Assembly: GCA_035502655.1 (NCBI GenBank)
Contig: DATJUF010000243.1
Coordinates: forward strand, 1 to 57,842
Length of the DNA: 57,842 nucleotides
Direction: 5' to 3'
Source: Candidatus Binataceae bacterium
GTDB lineage: Bacteria > Desulfobacterota > Binatia > Binatales > Binataceae
Program-made: the position numbers and the translations under genes
The notes under the pieces: generated by a model
Seen by the model: the letters and a program-made list of their open reading frames with translations, nothing else
What the model was told of the DNA's origin: nothing
Databases searched by the model: none
In this document: piece by piece, positions 18,520 through 27,801 of the stretch
Layout: every line of letters begins with the position of its first letter
Numbering within the stretch: position 1 is the first letter of the stretch

Positions 18520-20526
18520 GTGGCCGAACAGATAATTCGCCTCAAACGAGCGCCAGCCGAGGCGGACGAATCCGCCTATAAAATCAAATATGCAGAAGTG
18601 CTGAATGCGGCCCAGCTTGCTGCCGTGACCCATCGGGAGGGTCCGCTGCTGGTCGTGGCGGGGGCCGGATCAGGCAAGACGCGGACGCTAATTTACCGGG
18701 TGGCACGGCTGATCGAGAGCGGCGTGCCACCGGGGGCGATCCTGCTGATGACCTTCACGCGGCGGGCGGCGCAGGAGATGCTGCGGCGAGTCGAAGAGCT
18801 GGTGGGGGAGGCCGGGCGGCAAGTGGCGGGAGGCACATTCCATTCGTTCGCCAATGTGATTTTGCGCCGGCACGGGTCGGCGATCGGGATCCAGCCTAAT
18901 TTCACGATACTGGACCGCTCGGATATGGAGGACGTAGTCAATCTGCTGCGGACGCGGATGGGATTGGCGTCGAAGGAGCGGCGATTCCCAAAAAAGGGCA
19001 CGATTGCGGAAGCGATCAGTATGGCGCGGAACAAATCGCGCGCCCTGGCTGACGAATTGGAGAACGACTTTCCGCATCTGATCGAGTATGAGGCGGAGAT
19101 TCTGGAGCTCGCGGAAAAGTACGAGGCTTACAAGCGCGAGCGCGGGCTGCTTGACTATGACGATTTGCTCTACCGGCTGGCGGAAGTGCTGACGCGGGAC
19201 GAGGGGATGCGGCGCCGGCTATCGGAGACGTATCGGTACATGATGATCGACGAGTACCAGGATACGAATCGGATCCAGGCCGAACTGGTGAAACTGCTCG
19301 CGATGACCCATCGGAATGTGATGGCGGTGGGCGATGATGCGCAGTCGATCTATTCGTTCAGGGGGGCTGATTTCCGCAATATCATGGAGTTTCCGGCACT
19401 GTTCAGCGATACGCGGATAATCAAGCTGGAAGAGAATTACCGTTCGCTGCAAGGGATTCTCGATGTAGCGAATGAAGTAATCATGCGCGCGAGCGAAAAA
19501 TACACCAAGGCGCTGTTTACGCAGCGGCGCGGCGACTTGCGGCCGATACTCGTGCGGGCGCGGGACGAGAACATGCAGTCGCGCTTCGTGGCGCAGCGGA
19601 TTCTCGAATTGCGCGAGGACGGGATGGGACTGGATCAAATCGCAGTGCTATTCCGCTCAAGCTTTCATGCGTTTGATCTGGAGCTGGAACTGCAGCGGAG
19701 GAATATCCCGTTTATCAAGCGCGGCGGCTTCAAGTTTATCGAAACGGCGCATATCAAGGACGTACTGGCCCATCTGCGGGTGATTGCGAATCCGGCTGAT
19801 GCGGTGTCATGGATGCGGGTGCTGGTTTTGATCGAGGGGATTGGGAATCGGCGGGCGGAGCGGCTGATTGAGCAGATCGTGCAGGTGGCGGAGCCAGAGA
19901 ATCGTCTGGCCGAACTGAGCGCGCAGATGACGGGACGCGGCCAGGGCGCGGCGGCTGGATGTGCGCGGCTGGCGGCGATGCTCGGCGGTCTGAGGGTCAA
20001 GCAAATGCGGCCCGCGGAGCAACTGACTGAGGTGGTGGAATACTACCTGCCGATCATGCGCGAGGCGTATGCGGACGATTATCCGAAGCGTGAACGCGAC
20101 CTGGAGCATTTTCAGAATCTGGCGGAGCGTTACCGGAGCCTAGAAGCGATGCTGGCGGATATGGCGCTGGAGCCGCCGACCGATTCAATCGGGGATATTC
20201 TGGCAGTCGATGAAGACGAGGGGTACGTAACGCTTAGCACGATTCACTCGGCAAAGGGGCTTGAGTGGCGCGCGGTGTTCGTGATCTGGGCGGCGGATGG
20301 GCGCTTTCCGGGACCGATGAGCGTCAGCCCAGACGATCTGGAAGAGGAGCGGCGGCTGATGTACGTCGCGAGTACGCGGGCGAGGGATGAGCTATACCTT
20401 ACGTACCCGATTCATATGTTCGACCGGGCGCTGGGCTTCGTGATGGGGCGCCCATCGCGGTTCCTCGAAGAGTTGGACGAACGGGTGCTGCCGTCGGCGA
20501 TGCTGCAGGAAGACGAAGGGGATTGA
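18520..20526 (+). CDS. UvrD/PcrA/Rep-family ATP-dependent DNA helicase
   Basis: GTG start. Walker A AGAGSGKTRTL. Motifs TFH, DEYQDTN, VGDDAQSIYSFRGA, LEENYRS, TIHSAKGLEW and YVASTRAR. Confidence 0.93.
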   Translation: MAEQIIRLKRAPAEADESAYKIKYAEVLNAAQLAAVTHREGPLLVVAGAGSGKTRTLIYRVARLIESGVPPGAILLMTFTRRAAQEMLRRVEELVGEAGRQVAGGTFHSFANVILRRHGSAIGIQPNFTILDRSDMEDVVNLLRTRMGLASKERRFPKKGTIAEAISMARNKSRALADELENDFPHLIEYEAEILELAEKYEAYKRERGLLDYDDLLYRLAEVLTRDEGMRRRLSETYRYMMIDEYQDTNRIQAELVKLLAMTHRNVMAVGDDAQSIYSFRGADFRNIMEFPALFSDTRIIKLEENYRSLQGILDVANEVIMRASEKYTKALFTQRRGDLRPILVRARDENMQSRFVAQRILELREDGMGLDQIAVLFRSSFHAFDLELELQRRNIPFIKRGGFKFIETAHIKDVLAHLRVIANPADAVSWMRVLVLIEGIGNRRAERLIEQIVQVAEPENRLAELSAQMTGRGQGAAAGCARLAAMLGGLRVKQMRPAEQLTEVVEYYLPIMREAYADDYPKRERDLEHFQNLAERYRSLEAMLADMALEPPTDSIGDILAVDEDEGYVTLSTIHSAKGLEWRAVFVIWAADGRFPGPMSVSPDDLEEERRLMYVASTRARDELYLTYPIHMFDRALGFVMGRPSRFLEELDERVLPSAMLQEDEGD

Positions 20527-20542
20527 TCGGTGATCGGCGTGG

Positions 20543-20791
20543 TTATTTCAAGGTGAGGCCGAGGGGATCTGAGCAGTCGTCAACGCAGGTACGATAGTCA
20601 TCGCGCGCATTTTGAAAACATGACCGATCGTTGTCGAGGCGATCGATGCCGGCGACAGTCTGGCAGAAGTTGATATCGGAGCGGTATTCGTTAGTGCATT
20701 CGCAATCACATCGGGCGGCGTGTGCCTTGGCGGCGAAGAGAGGGATAGCGAGGGCAATGGCCACGGAGGCGGCAATCAGGTTCAGGCGCAT
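20543..20791 (-). CDS. small secreted Cys-rich protein
   Basis: Signal peptide MRLNLIAASVAIALAIPLFAAKAHA. The mature 57 aa contain 7 Cys (CDCEC...C...C...C..C). Confidence 0.55.
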   Translation of the reverse strand: MRLNLIAASVAIALAIPLFAAKAHAARCDCECTNEYRSDINFCQTVAGIDRLDNDRSCFQNARDDYRTCVDDCSDPLGLTLK

Positions 20792-20951
20792 AGGTTGAAA
20801 ACACTCTTGATCAGTTTTTCGGCTTCCGAGTTTTAAGACGCTCCAGCTCCATCTTTGGACACACCTAGACCATAGGCGGCTCGATCCAGGCGTCTCCCAC
20901 CTAACCTCCCTTATCAGGGAGAGGGATTAAGATCGGCCTTGAAAGAGAGGG

Positions 20952-21911
20952 CTAAGCGGCCCTGGCAGCATTGATATAATAGCTGGCGACTTCGCGGCCG
21001 ATAAGCTCATTTTGTGCGGCCCAGGCGGAAGGCTCGGCCACGGGCCATAACACGAACTTGTCGAGGCCGACGTGGATATACTCGTCGAGGCGCGCGATGA
21101 TGTCCTCGGGTGAACCGTAAATCGTGCCTTTGGCGAAAGCGCTGGCGTTGGGCCCGAGCGACTTCAGCACGGGCTGCATGTCTTCCATTGCGCGTTCGCG
21201 CGATGGACCGAGACGGCAAAGAAAGATGAGGCCGGCCTCGATGTGAGCGTTGACGCGGCCCGCCTCCGAAGCATAGCGGCGCACGGTGGCCATATTGGCG
21301 GCGAATTCGGCGGGGCTCTGGAACGAGGCGAAATAGCCGTCGGCGAATCGCCCGGTACGTTTCAGGGCGGCGTCGGATTTGCCGCCCACCCATAGGTCGA
21401 TGGTGCCGTGGTCATTGTTGGTGCGAGCGACGGGGCGGGGCTCAATCGAGACATTGTCGAAATTGAAATACTTGCCGTGAAAGCTGGCTTTAGGTTCGGT
21501 CCAGACTTTGCGAAGAATCATTATGCCCTCGTCGAGGCGGCGGCCGCGGCCTTCGGTGGGAATGCCGACGGCGGCGTAATCGTCCAGGTTGGCGCCCGTC
21601 CCGACGGCCATCACGATGCGGCCCTTCGACAGATAGTCGAGGGTCGCAAAGGACTTGGCGGCAACCAGCGGGTGGCGAAGATTCAGCAGGAAAACGCTCG
21701 GGCCGAGGCGGATGCGCGAGGTGCGGGAGGCGAGCAGGGCGAGAGTCGCGACGACATCGAGTTCGGGAGAGGGTGCGAGCAGATGATCGGACAGCCAGAA
21801 GGAATCAAGGCCCCATTCTTCGGCGCGCTCGGCGACACGGACAATGGTGTCAGATTCCGGCATGCCGAGACGGAAGAGCCCAAACCCAACACCGACTTTA
21901 ATACGCTTCAT
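20952..21911 (-). CDS. LLM-class (luciferase-like) flavin/F420-dependent oxidoreductase
   Basis: Start at MKRIKVGVGFG. ...GLDSFWLSDHL...LDYLSKGRIVMAVGTG... is typical of the luciferase-like monooxygenase family. Confidence 0.85.
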   Translation of the reverse strand: MKRIKVGVGFGLFRLGMPESDTIVRVAERAEEWGLDSFWLSDHLLAPSPELDVVATLALLASRTSRIRLGPSVFLLNLRHPLVAAKSFATLDYLSKGRIVMAVGTGANLDDYAAVGIPTEGRGRRLDEGIMILRKVWTEPKASFHGKYFNFDNVSIEPRPVARTNNDHGTIDLWVGGKSDAALKRTGRFADGYFASFQSPAEFAANMATVRRYASEAGRVNAHIEAGLIFLCRLGPSRERAMEDMQPVLKSLGPNASAFAKGTIYGSPEDIIARLDEYIHVGLDKFVLWPVAEPSAWAAQNELIGREVASYYINAARAA

Positions 21912-21945
21912 TGCGCTACTCCAGACTAGGTTTTGCGATAATACG

Positions 21946-22740
21946 ATGCTATTAACAATGCCTATGCGCAATTCGCCATCGGTAGAAGGCGGTCTCGAGC
22001 TAACCTTCCTGGGAACAGGCGATGCGTTCGCGAGTCATGGGCGTTTTCAGTCGGGCTATATGATCGAGGCCGCGGATAGCAAGATTTTGATGGATCCGGG
22101 CCCTACGGCATTGTGTGCAATGAAGCGCGGCGGTTTCAAGCCTTCGGATGTTGACATCATTTTGGTTAGCCATCTGCATGGGGACCATTTTGGCGGACTG
22201 CCGTTTTTGCTGCTGGAATACGTTTACGAAAGCCCGCGTTCGACCAAGTTGGTTATAGCAGGCCCTCGCCATATTGAGGAGCGGACCTGGCGGTTGTTCA
22301 ATACGATGTTTCCGGGCACCAAGCCGGATTTGCCGAAGCTAGTGGGGCGGCTGAAGTTCGTGGTTCTGGAGCCAGGCTGCGATCTTAAGGTCGGGCCGAT
22401 ACGGCTGGCGGCGATGCGTACGCCCCATATGAAGCCACCGGAGGCGTCGCTGGCGCTGCGTTTGGGAGTGAATAATCGGACGGTGGTATTCTCGGGCGAT
22501 AGTGGATGGACCGATCAGATGGTCAGCTTTAGCGCCGGAGCGGACCTTTTTTTGTGCGAATGCACCTATTTTGACAGCACCGACCTGGATTTTCACATGA
22601 ACTACCCACTGCTTTCGGCTAATCGTGACCAATTTAATGTGGGACGGATGATCCTAACTCACATCGGGCGCGAGGTGCTGGACCGGATCGGGGACATCAA
22701 GCTTGAGATGGCGCAGGACGGGATGAAGGTCCGGGTGTGA
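21946..22740 (+). CDS. MBL-fold metallo-hydrolase
   Basis: LTFLGTGDAF...ILMDPG...ILVSHLHGDHFGGLPFLL carries the HxHxDH motif. Start is one of the ATGs at 21946, 21958 or 21964. The gene is divergent from the LLM gene. Confidence 0.85.
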   Translation: MLLTMPMRNSPSVEGGLELTFLGTGDAFASHGRFQSGYMIEAADSKILMDPGPTALCAMKRGGFKPSDVDIILVSHLHGDHFGGLPFLLLEYVYESPRSTKLVIAGPRHIEERTWRLFNTMFPGTKPDLPKLVGRLKFVVLEPGCDLKVGPIRLAAMRTPHMKPPEASLALRLGVNNRTVVFSGDSGWTDQMVSFSAGADLFLCECTYFDSTDLDFHMNYPLLSANRDQFNVGRMILTHIGREVLDRIGDIKLEMAQDGMKVRV

Positions 22741-22950
22741 CACGGCGCGGATTCGCGCGTTTGGCAGATCGGGCATTTTCACAACAGATTGAGGTATGAT
22801 GACGCGGCAGCGCTAGCATAATGCCGGTCTTATTTTCTCTCGCCAGCCAGAGGGAGGCGGGAGGGTTTCCGCCAGCCCTCTCCGGGTCTTGCGACTGAGA
22901 CAGGCTGGAACCGTGCTAGCCAAGATTGCCGTTTGTAGGAGCTGGACTGG

Positions 22951-23721
22951 ATGGGAATCGCGGATGGCAAGCGCGCACTGATCGTAGGGGTAGCGAACGA
23001 CAAAAGCCTGGCGTGGGCGATCGCGCAGGAGTTGCATGCGCAAGGCGCGGCAATCGCGCTGACCTACCAGGGAGAGATACTCGAAAAGCGGGTGCGTCCG
23101 CTGGCCGAGACGATTGGCGCGGAAGTGGTTGGCGAACTCGACGTCGGCAGCGAGGAGCAAATCGCTGCGGTGTTCGCACGACTCAAGGAAACCGGCGGAA
23201 TCGACATGCTGGTGCATGCGGTGGCGTTCGCAGAGCGCGAGGATTTGCGCGATCGGTTTCTGACGGTCAGCCGGACTAATTTCTCGAAGGCGATCGAGAT
23301 CAGTGCGTATTCGCTGGTGGCATTGGCGCGGGCCGCGGAACCGTTGATGGAGGCCCGCGGCGGTGGAGCGATCGTCACGCTGAGCTACCTAGGCGCAGTG
23401 CGCGCGATCCAGAATTACAACGTAATGGGCGTGGCGAAGGCGGCGCTGGAGGCATGCGTGCGTTATCTGGCGCTCGATCTGGGGGCGAAGAATATAAGAG
23501 TTAATGCGCTGAGCGCGGCGCCGGCGCGGACGCTGGCATCGTCGGCGATACGGGATTTCCATTCGATGGCGCATGAAGTCGAAGAACGGTCGCCGCTCAA
23601 GCGCGCAATGCGTCCAGAGGAAGCGGGCAAGATGGCGGCGGTGCTGCTGAGCGACATATCGAGCGGTGTGACGGGTCAGACGGTGTACGTAGATATGGGT
23701 TACAATATCACCGGTCTTTAG
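22951..23721 (+). CDS. fabI: enoyl-[acyl-carrier-protein] reductase (NADH) FabI
   Basis: KRALIVGVANDKSLAWAIAQ...HAVAFA...SY.GA...NYNVMGVAKAALEA..RYLA.DLG...IRVNALSAGP-like. Length 256 aa. Confidence 0.92.
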   Translation: MGIADGKRALIVGVANDKSLAWAIAQELHAQGAAIALTYQGEILEKRVRPLAETIGAEVVGELDVGSEEQIAAVFARLKETGGIDMLVHAVAFAEREDLRDRFLTVSRTNFSKAIEISAYSLVALARAAEPLMEARGGGAIVTLSYLGAVRAIQNYNVMGVAKAALEACVRYLALDLGAKNIRVNALSAAPARTLASSAIRDFHSMAHEVEERSPLKRAMRPEEAGKMAAVLLSDISSGVTGQTVYVDMGYNITGL

Positions 23722-23792
23722 AAGCGGCTTTCCAGTTAAGCCAGGATCGAAGCCAGCCTGGCTCTCTAAGATTTGCCTAAGAGGAAGGAACC

Positions 23793-24569
23793 ATGACTAT
23801 CATTCCAGTTTCGCAGTTATCGGACAATTACGCGTATCTAGTTGTAGACGAAGCGAGTAAGCAATGCGGGGTGGTGGACTGTTCGGAGGCGGGCAAAGTA
23901 CTCGACGAAGTCAAGCGTAATGGATTGAAGTTGGTAGCAGTGCTGCCGACCCATTACCATTTCGATCATGTCGGCGGGAATGAGGATTTGGTCAAGGCGG
24001 TGCGAGGGCTGCGTGTCTATGGCGCACGCGGCGAGAATGGGCGGATACCGGCGCAGACTGATGAAGTCGATGATGGCAGCACGGTCGAGATTGGCGAGTT
24101 GAAGGGGCGCGTGATTGGGATTCCGGCGCATACGAATGGGCATATCGCATACTACTTTCCGCGGCTGGAAGCAGTATTCACAGGCGATACATTATTTATC
24201 GGGGGATGCGGCCGGGTGTTTGAAGGCAAAGCCGAAACGATGGTCGCGTCGCTCAACAAGCTGGCTGAGCTGCCGGATAGTACAAAGATTTACTGCGGAC
24301 ACGAATATACTGAGAAGAATTTGCGCTTCGCGCTGACGCTCGAACCAAACAATGCAGAGCTCAAGGCGAAGCATGAGTGGGCGGTCAAGCAGCGAGCAGC
24401 GGGGCATTTTACAGTGCCATCGACGATTGAAGAAGAGAAGCTGATCAATCCATTTCTACGGACGGATAGTCCCGAGTTGCGGTCGAATCTAAGAAAAGTT
24501 GCGCCGGCGATTGGCGATGATCCGGTCGCGATATTTGCGAAGACGCGGGAGCTAAAGGACAGATTCTAG
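23793..24569 (+). CDS. gloB: hydroxyacylglutathione hydrolase (glyoxalase II)
   Basis: IIPVSQLSDNYAYLVVDE...LPTHYHFDHVGGN...PAHTNGHIAYYF...VFTGDTLFIGGCGRVFEG...YCGHEYT..NL.FA...EP.N. Confidence 0.92.
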   Translation: MTIIPVSQLSDNYAYLVVDEASKQCGVVDCSEAGKVLDEVKRNGLKLVAVLPTHYHFDHVGGNEDLVKAVRGLRVYGARGENGRIPAQTDEVDDGSTVEIGELKGRVIGIPAHTNGHIAYYFPRLEAVFTGDTLFIGGCGRVFEGKAETMVASLNKLAELPDSTKIYCGHEYTEKNLRFALTLEPNNAELKAKHEWAVKQRAAGHFTVPSTIEEEKLINPFLRTDSPELRSNLRKVAPAIGDDPVAIFAKTRELKDRF

Positions 24570-24712
24570 GTGCTGGGCTGAGTTTTTGCCTTTCTGAAAT
24601 CGTTATCGTCAAAGTTGGCCATGCGCTACCGCGATTCACGCGATCAAGCGTCGCGGCTAGATATTGATTCTAATCTTTGAAGCCATGGCCGCCGCTTCTG
24701 GTGAAGCGGTAG

Positions 24713-25531
24713 GTGGCTGTCCAGCCATTATGCTATAGACCGGATCAGGTGGTGGACGAATACATCGTTGAGCCGGACGTGATTCCGTGGCGCGAGGGGC
24801 GGATCGCAGGCATCACGTTCAAGTGCCAGGTACTTATGAACGGCGCGGACGGCGGTCCCGAGGCTTTGCGCTTCCGCTTCGATCCATGCCCTTCGGTCTT
24901 TGCGCACATGCATTTGACCTCGCAGTTTCAGTTGCTCCTCAATGGCCGAATGGATTTCCCCAAATCGACGATGAAACTGCGGGCAATCGCAGTCCATTAT
25001 ACGGACCACAATTTCCCCTACGGGCCGTTCGCTGTTGGCGACAGTCACGACATGCTGGTGCTGCATCCCAAACAGGGCGGCCTGATCAGCATGGCCGATC
25101 ATGACGCGCGACGCCAAATCAATCTTAAAGGACGCCATTTCTATGGCTCTGCGGCTGCTACCGATTGGATAAACCAGCCCGAGTTTCGAGGCGTGCGCTG
25201 CAAGCCGCTGATTCCACCGTCATCCGGACCTTATGCCGTAATACTCGAATGTCCGCCGCACGCCTGCTTGAATCTTCCGCCCGCGCCGTATGGCCGCTAC
25301 GAACTGGTGCTGGCCGGCTCTGCGTCAGTTTCAGGCCGCACGCTGCTTCCTCCCGGCCTCCGCTACGTACGCCATGATTCTGATGATGTGAGCACCATCA
25401 CTCCCATGGAAGCCGGGCGAGAGAGCGCCACTTTGATGCTGCTGGCGTTCGACAACGACGCATGCGAAGGTGGCCTGACTGGCGACCGCTTATCAGTTGC
25501 CGCGGCAGAAGCCATCGAGCGCGCGATTTAG
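24713..25531 (+). CDS. hypothetical protein (possibly a double cupin-like beta-barrel); first gene of the selenoprotein operon
   Basis: 272-aa ORF with a GTG start. No motif recognised with certainty. It lies 20 nt upstream of the next gene. Confidence 0.6.
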   Translation: MAVQPLCYRPDQVVDEYIVEPDVIPWREGRIAGITFKCQVLMNGADGGPEALRFRFDPCPSVFAHMHLTSQFQLLLNGRMDFPKSTMKLRAIAVHYTDHNFPYGPFAVGDSHDMLVLHPKQGGLISMADHDARRQINLKGRHFYGSAAATDWINQPEFRGVRCKPLIPPSSGPYAVILECPPHACLNLPPAPYGRYELVLAGSASVSGRTLLPPGLRYVRHDSDDVSTITPMEAGRESATLMLLAFDNDACEGGLTGDRLSVAAAEAIERAI

Positions 25532-25550
25532 TTTAATAGCGGAGGCTCTT

Positions 25551-26213
25551 ATGCTAAACGAAAATGCCACCGCTCCGTTGCCTGTAGTCGTCTTTGCCGA
25601 CTTCATTTGCCCATATTCCTATATCGCGCTCGACCAGATGGACGATCTGATGCGCGACTATAATATCGAATTGCTTTGGCGCCCCCATTGGCTGCATCCG
25701 GAAGTGCCACCCGCCGGGGCGCCGATTCCATCCGCTGCAACAGCCGGCCGCCGCGCGCAAACGCTCGCATGGCTTAAGGAAATGGCGCCCGAACGTACTG
25801 ACCGGATGCACTTTCCCGATCGCATCCAATTCAGCCTGTTTGCCTTCGAGGCACTGGAATTCGCCCAGGACCATGGGCTCGCGCTACCCTTCAAGACGGC
25901 GGTATTCGAGTCATTGTGGATCGAAGGGCGCGATATCGCGCAATTCGCGACGCTGCAGGCCGCTGCCGAAAAAGCTGGCCTCGATAGCGAGGAACTCGGC
26001 CGGGCGCTCTCGGCGCAGCGCTATCGCAAGCGCGTTCACGACGCTCTGCAACTGGCGCATGATGCGGGTGTTACCAAAACTCCGACTTTTGTCCTGGGCC
26101 GCTATCGTATCGCCGGATGGCACTACTATGAGGTCTTTCAGACTGTGATGGAAAAGCAAAACGTGCCGCTTCGCGCGGCCGTTGCCAACTCACTTCCACC
26201 GGTGGAGCACTGA
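25551..26213 (+). CDS. DsbA-family (FrnE/HCCA-isomerase-like) thioredoxin-fold protein, CPYS active-site variant
   Basis: GGAGG RBS followed by ATG. PVVVFADFICPYSYIALDQM... and a C-terminal ...GVTKTPTFVLGRYRIAGW are typical of DSBA-like thioredoxin domains. The motif is C-P-Y-S, not CxxC. Confidence 0.8.
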   Translation: MLNENATAPLPVVVFADFICPYSYIALDQMDDLMRDYNIELLWRPHWLHPEVPPAGAPIPSAATAGRRAQTLAWLKEMAPERTDRMHFPDRIQFSLFAFEALEFAQDHGLALPFKTAVFESLWIEGRDIAQFATLQAAAEKAGLDSEELGRALSAQRYRKRVHDALQLAHDAGVTKTPTFVLGRYRIAGWHYYEVFQTVMEKQNVPLRAAVANSLPPVEH

Positions 26214-26217
26214 TGCG

Positions 26218-27801
26218 ATGGCCTCGCTAGCGGCGTTTTCTCTCAACGATCTCGATGGAACGGCACGCATCTTTCCGAATGGCAAAGTGACTCTGCTGTG
26301 CTTTGTCCGCGAAGAATGCGAGACCTGCCATCTCTCAATGCCAGTGATCGAAGCGGTTTATCGCGCTTACGGCGGCGTGATCGATGTATGGGTGGCCGGC
26401 CAGGAGGACAATCAAAAGCTCCGTGACCGTTATCAGTTGACGGTTCCAATCCTCGATGACACCGGACTCAAAGTCTCCTTCAACTATAAGGTCCAGATTG
26501 TTCCGACGATCATTCTCGCCGGCGAATCGGGCGGCGAAATCGTACGCTGGGAAGCCTTTCATAAGGGCGACTGGCAGGACCTGATCGCCCGCCTATCGCA
26601 ACTTACGAATCTGCCGCCTCCCGGGATCGAATGGGACAAACTTCCGGCGCTCCGTCCCGGATGCGGTTCAAAGTCCGTCGAGCCTGGTATTTTCGAGCGT
26701 CTGGCAGCAGAAGCTGAGGGCAGTCCACTGCGCGCTCGGCAGATCGAGATCGCTGAGCGCGACGACCCGTTCGAGTTCATGTTCGATCAAGGCCTTACCG
26801 ACGGGCTTCCGGTGATCCCGCCTACGCCGGAACGAGTTATCCGGATGCTCGCCGGGACGCGCCGCAGCCCGCAGGAGGTTGCCGGTACCTGCGCGCCCAA
26901 TTACGCCCCGGTGACGATCGAGAAAATCGCGATTAACGCGGTGATGGCTGGTTGCAAGCCCGAGTATATGCCGGTCGTAATCGCCGCCACCGAAGCGCTC
27001 TGCTCGCATGAGTTCAACGCGCATGCGCTCGTCTCGACTTATGGTCCCTCGCCGGTGATCGTGGTCAATGGGCCGATCCGCAATCGTATCGGCATGAACA
27101 TGGGAATCAACGTACTCGGCCATGGCAATCGCGCCAACGCCACGATTGGCCGCGCGATCAAGCTGATCCTGCGTAACCTCGGCGGACTCCGGCCTGGTGA
27201 GATCGAGCGCGCGGCGCTGGGTTCGCCCGCCAAGTACGGCGCCTGCTACCCCGAATTCGAGGAGCGCAGTCCCTGGGAGCCACTACACGCCGAGCGCGGC
27301 TTTGACCGCAACGATAGCGTTGTTACGCTCTTTCAGCTCGAAGGCTCGCCCCATCAAATTGCCGATCAGACTTCGCGCACCGCACGTTCGCTGGCGGGCA
27401 GCCTCGGACTCGGGATGGAATGCGGATGGCACCCGAAGACCCATAGGGTCGGCGACGCGCTACTCGTAATCTCCCCCGAGCATGCCGATACGCTCTGGCG
27501 CGACCGCTGGAGCAAAGACGACGTGCGCAACCGTATTCAGGAGATCACCTCGCGCCCGTTGCGTGAGTTATTGCCGACTGAAGATTATGGAGGGCTCGGC
27601 GCGATGCCTGAGCAGGTGGCGCTTGAGCGTGGCCGTACACCTGAGCAACTCAACCGCCTGATGCCCAAGTTCAAGAGTCCGAAAAATATTCACATAATCG
27701 TTGCTGGCGGTCCCGCCGGAAAATGGTCCTCGGTCATCAATGGCTTCGGGGACGCGTCCGTATCGGTGCCGGTCAGCCGCAAAATCGAGGAGGCCGTCTG
27801 A
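26218..27801 (+). CDS. thioredoxin-like (TlpA/redoxin, CETC) domain fused to an uncharacterised ~390-aa Cys-containing domain
   Basis: Start ATG 26218, 4 nt after the dsbA-like stop. The N-terminus ...VTLLCFVREECETCHLSMPVIE... is redoxin-like. The rest (FMFDQGLTDGLPVIPPTPERV...INAVMAGCKPEYMPVV...GHGNRANATIGRA...) matches no family I can name. Its stop overlaps the next ATG. Confidence 0.8.
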   Translation: MASLAAFSLNDLDGTARIFPNGKVTLLCFVREECETCHLSMPVIEAVYRAYGGVIDVWVAGQEDNQKLRDRYQLTVPILDDTGLKVSFNYKVQIVPTIILAGESGGEIVRWEAFHKGDWQDLIARLSQLTNLPPPGIEWDKLPALRPGCGSKSVEPGIFERLAAEAEGSPLRARQIEIAERDDPFEFMFDQGLTDGLPVIPPTPERVIRMLAGTRRSPQEVAGTCAPNYAPVTIEKIAINAVMAGCKPEYMPVVIAATEALCSHEFNAHALVSTYGPSPVIVVNGPIRNRIGMNMGINVLGHGNRANATIGRAIKLILRNLGGLRPGEIERAALGSPAKYGACYPEFEERSPWEPLHAERGFDRNDSVVTLFQLEGSPHQIADQTSRTARSLAGSLGLGMECGWHPKTHRVGDALLVISPEHADTLWRDRWSKDDVRNRIQEITSRPLRELLPTEDYGGLGAMPEQVALERGRTPEQLNRLMPKFKSPKNIHIIVAGGPAGKWSSVINGFGDASVSVPVSRKIEEAV

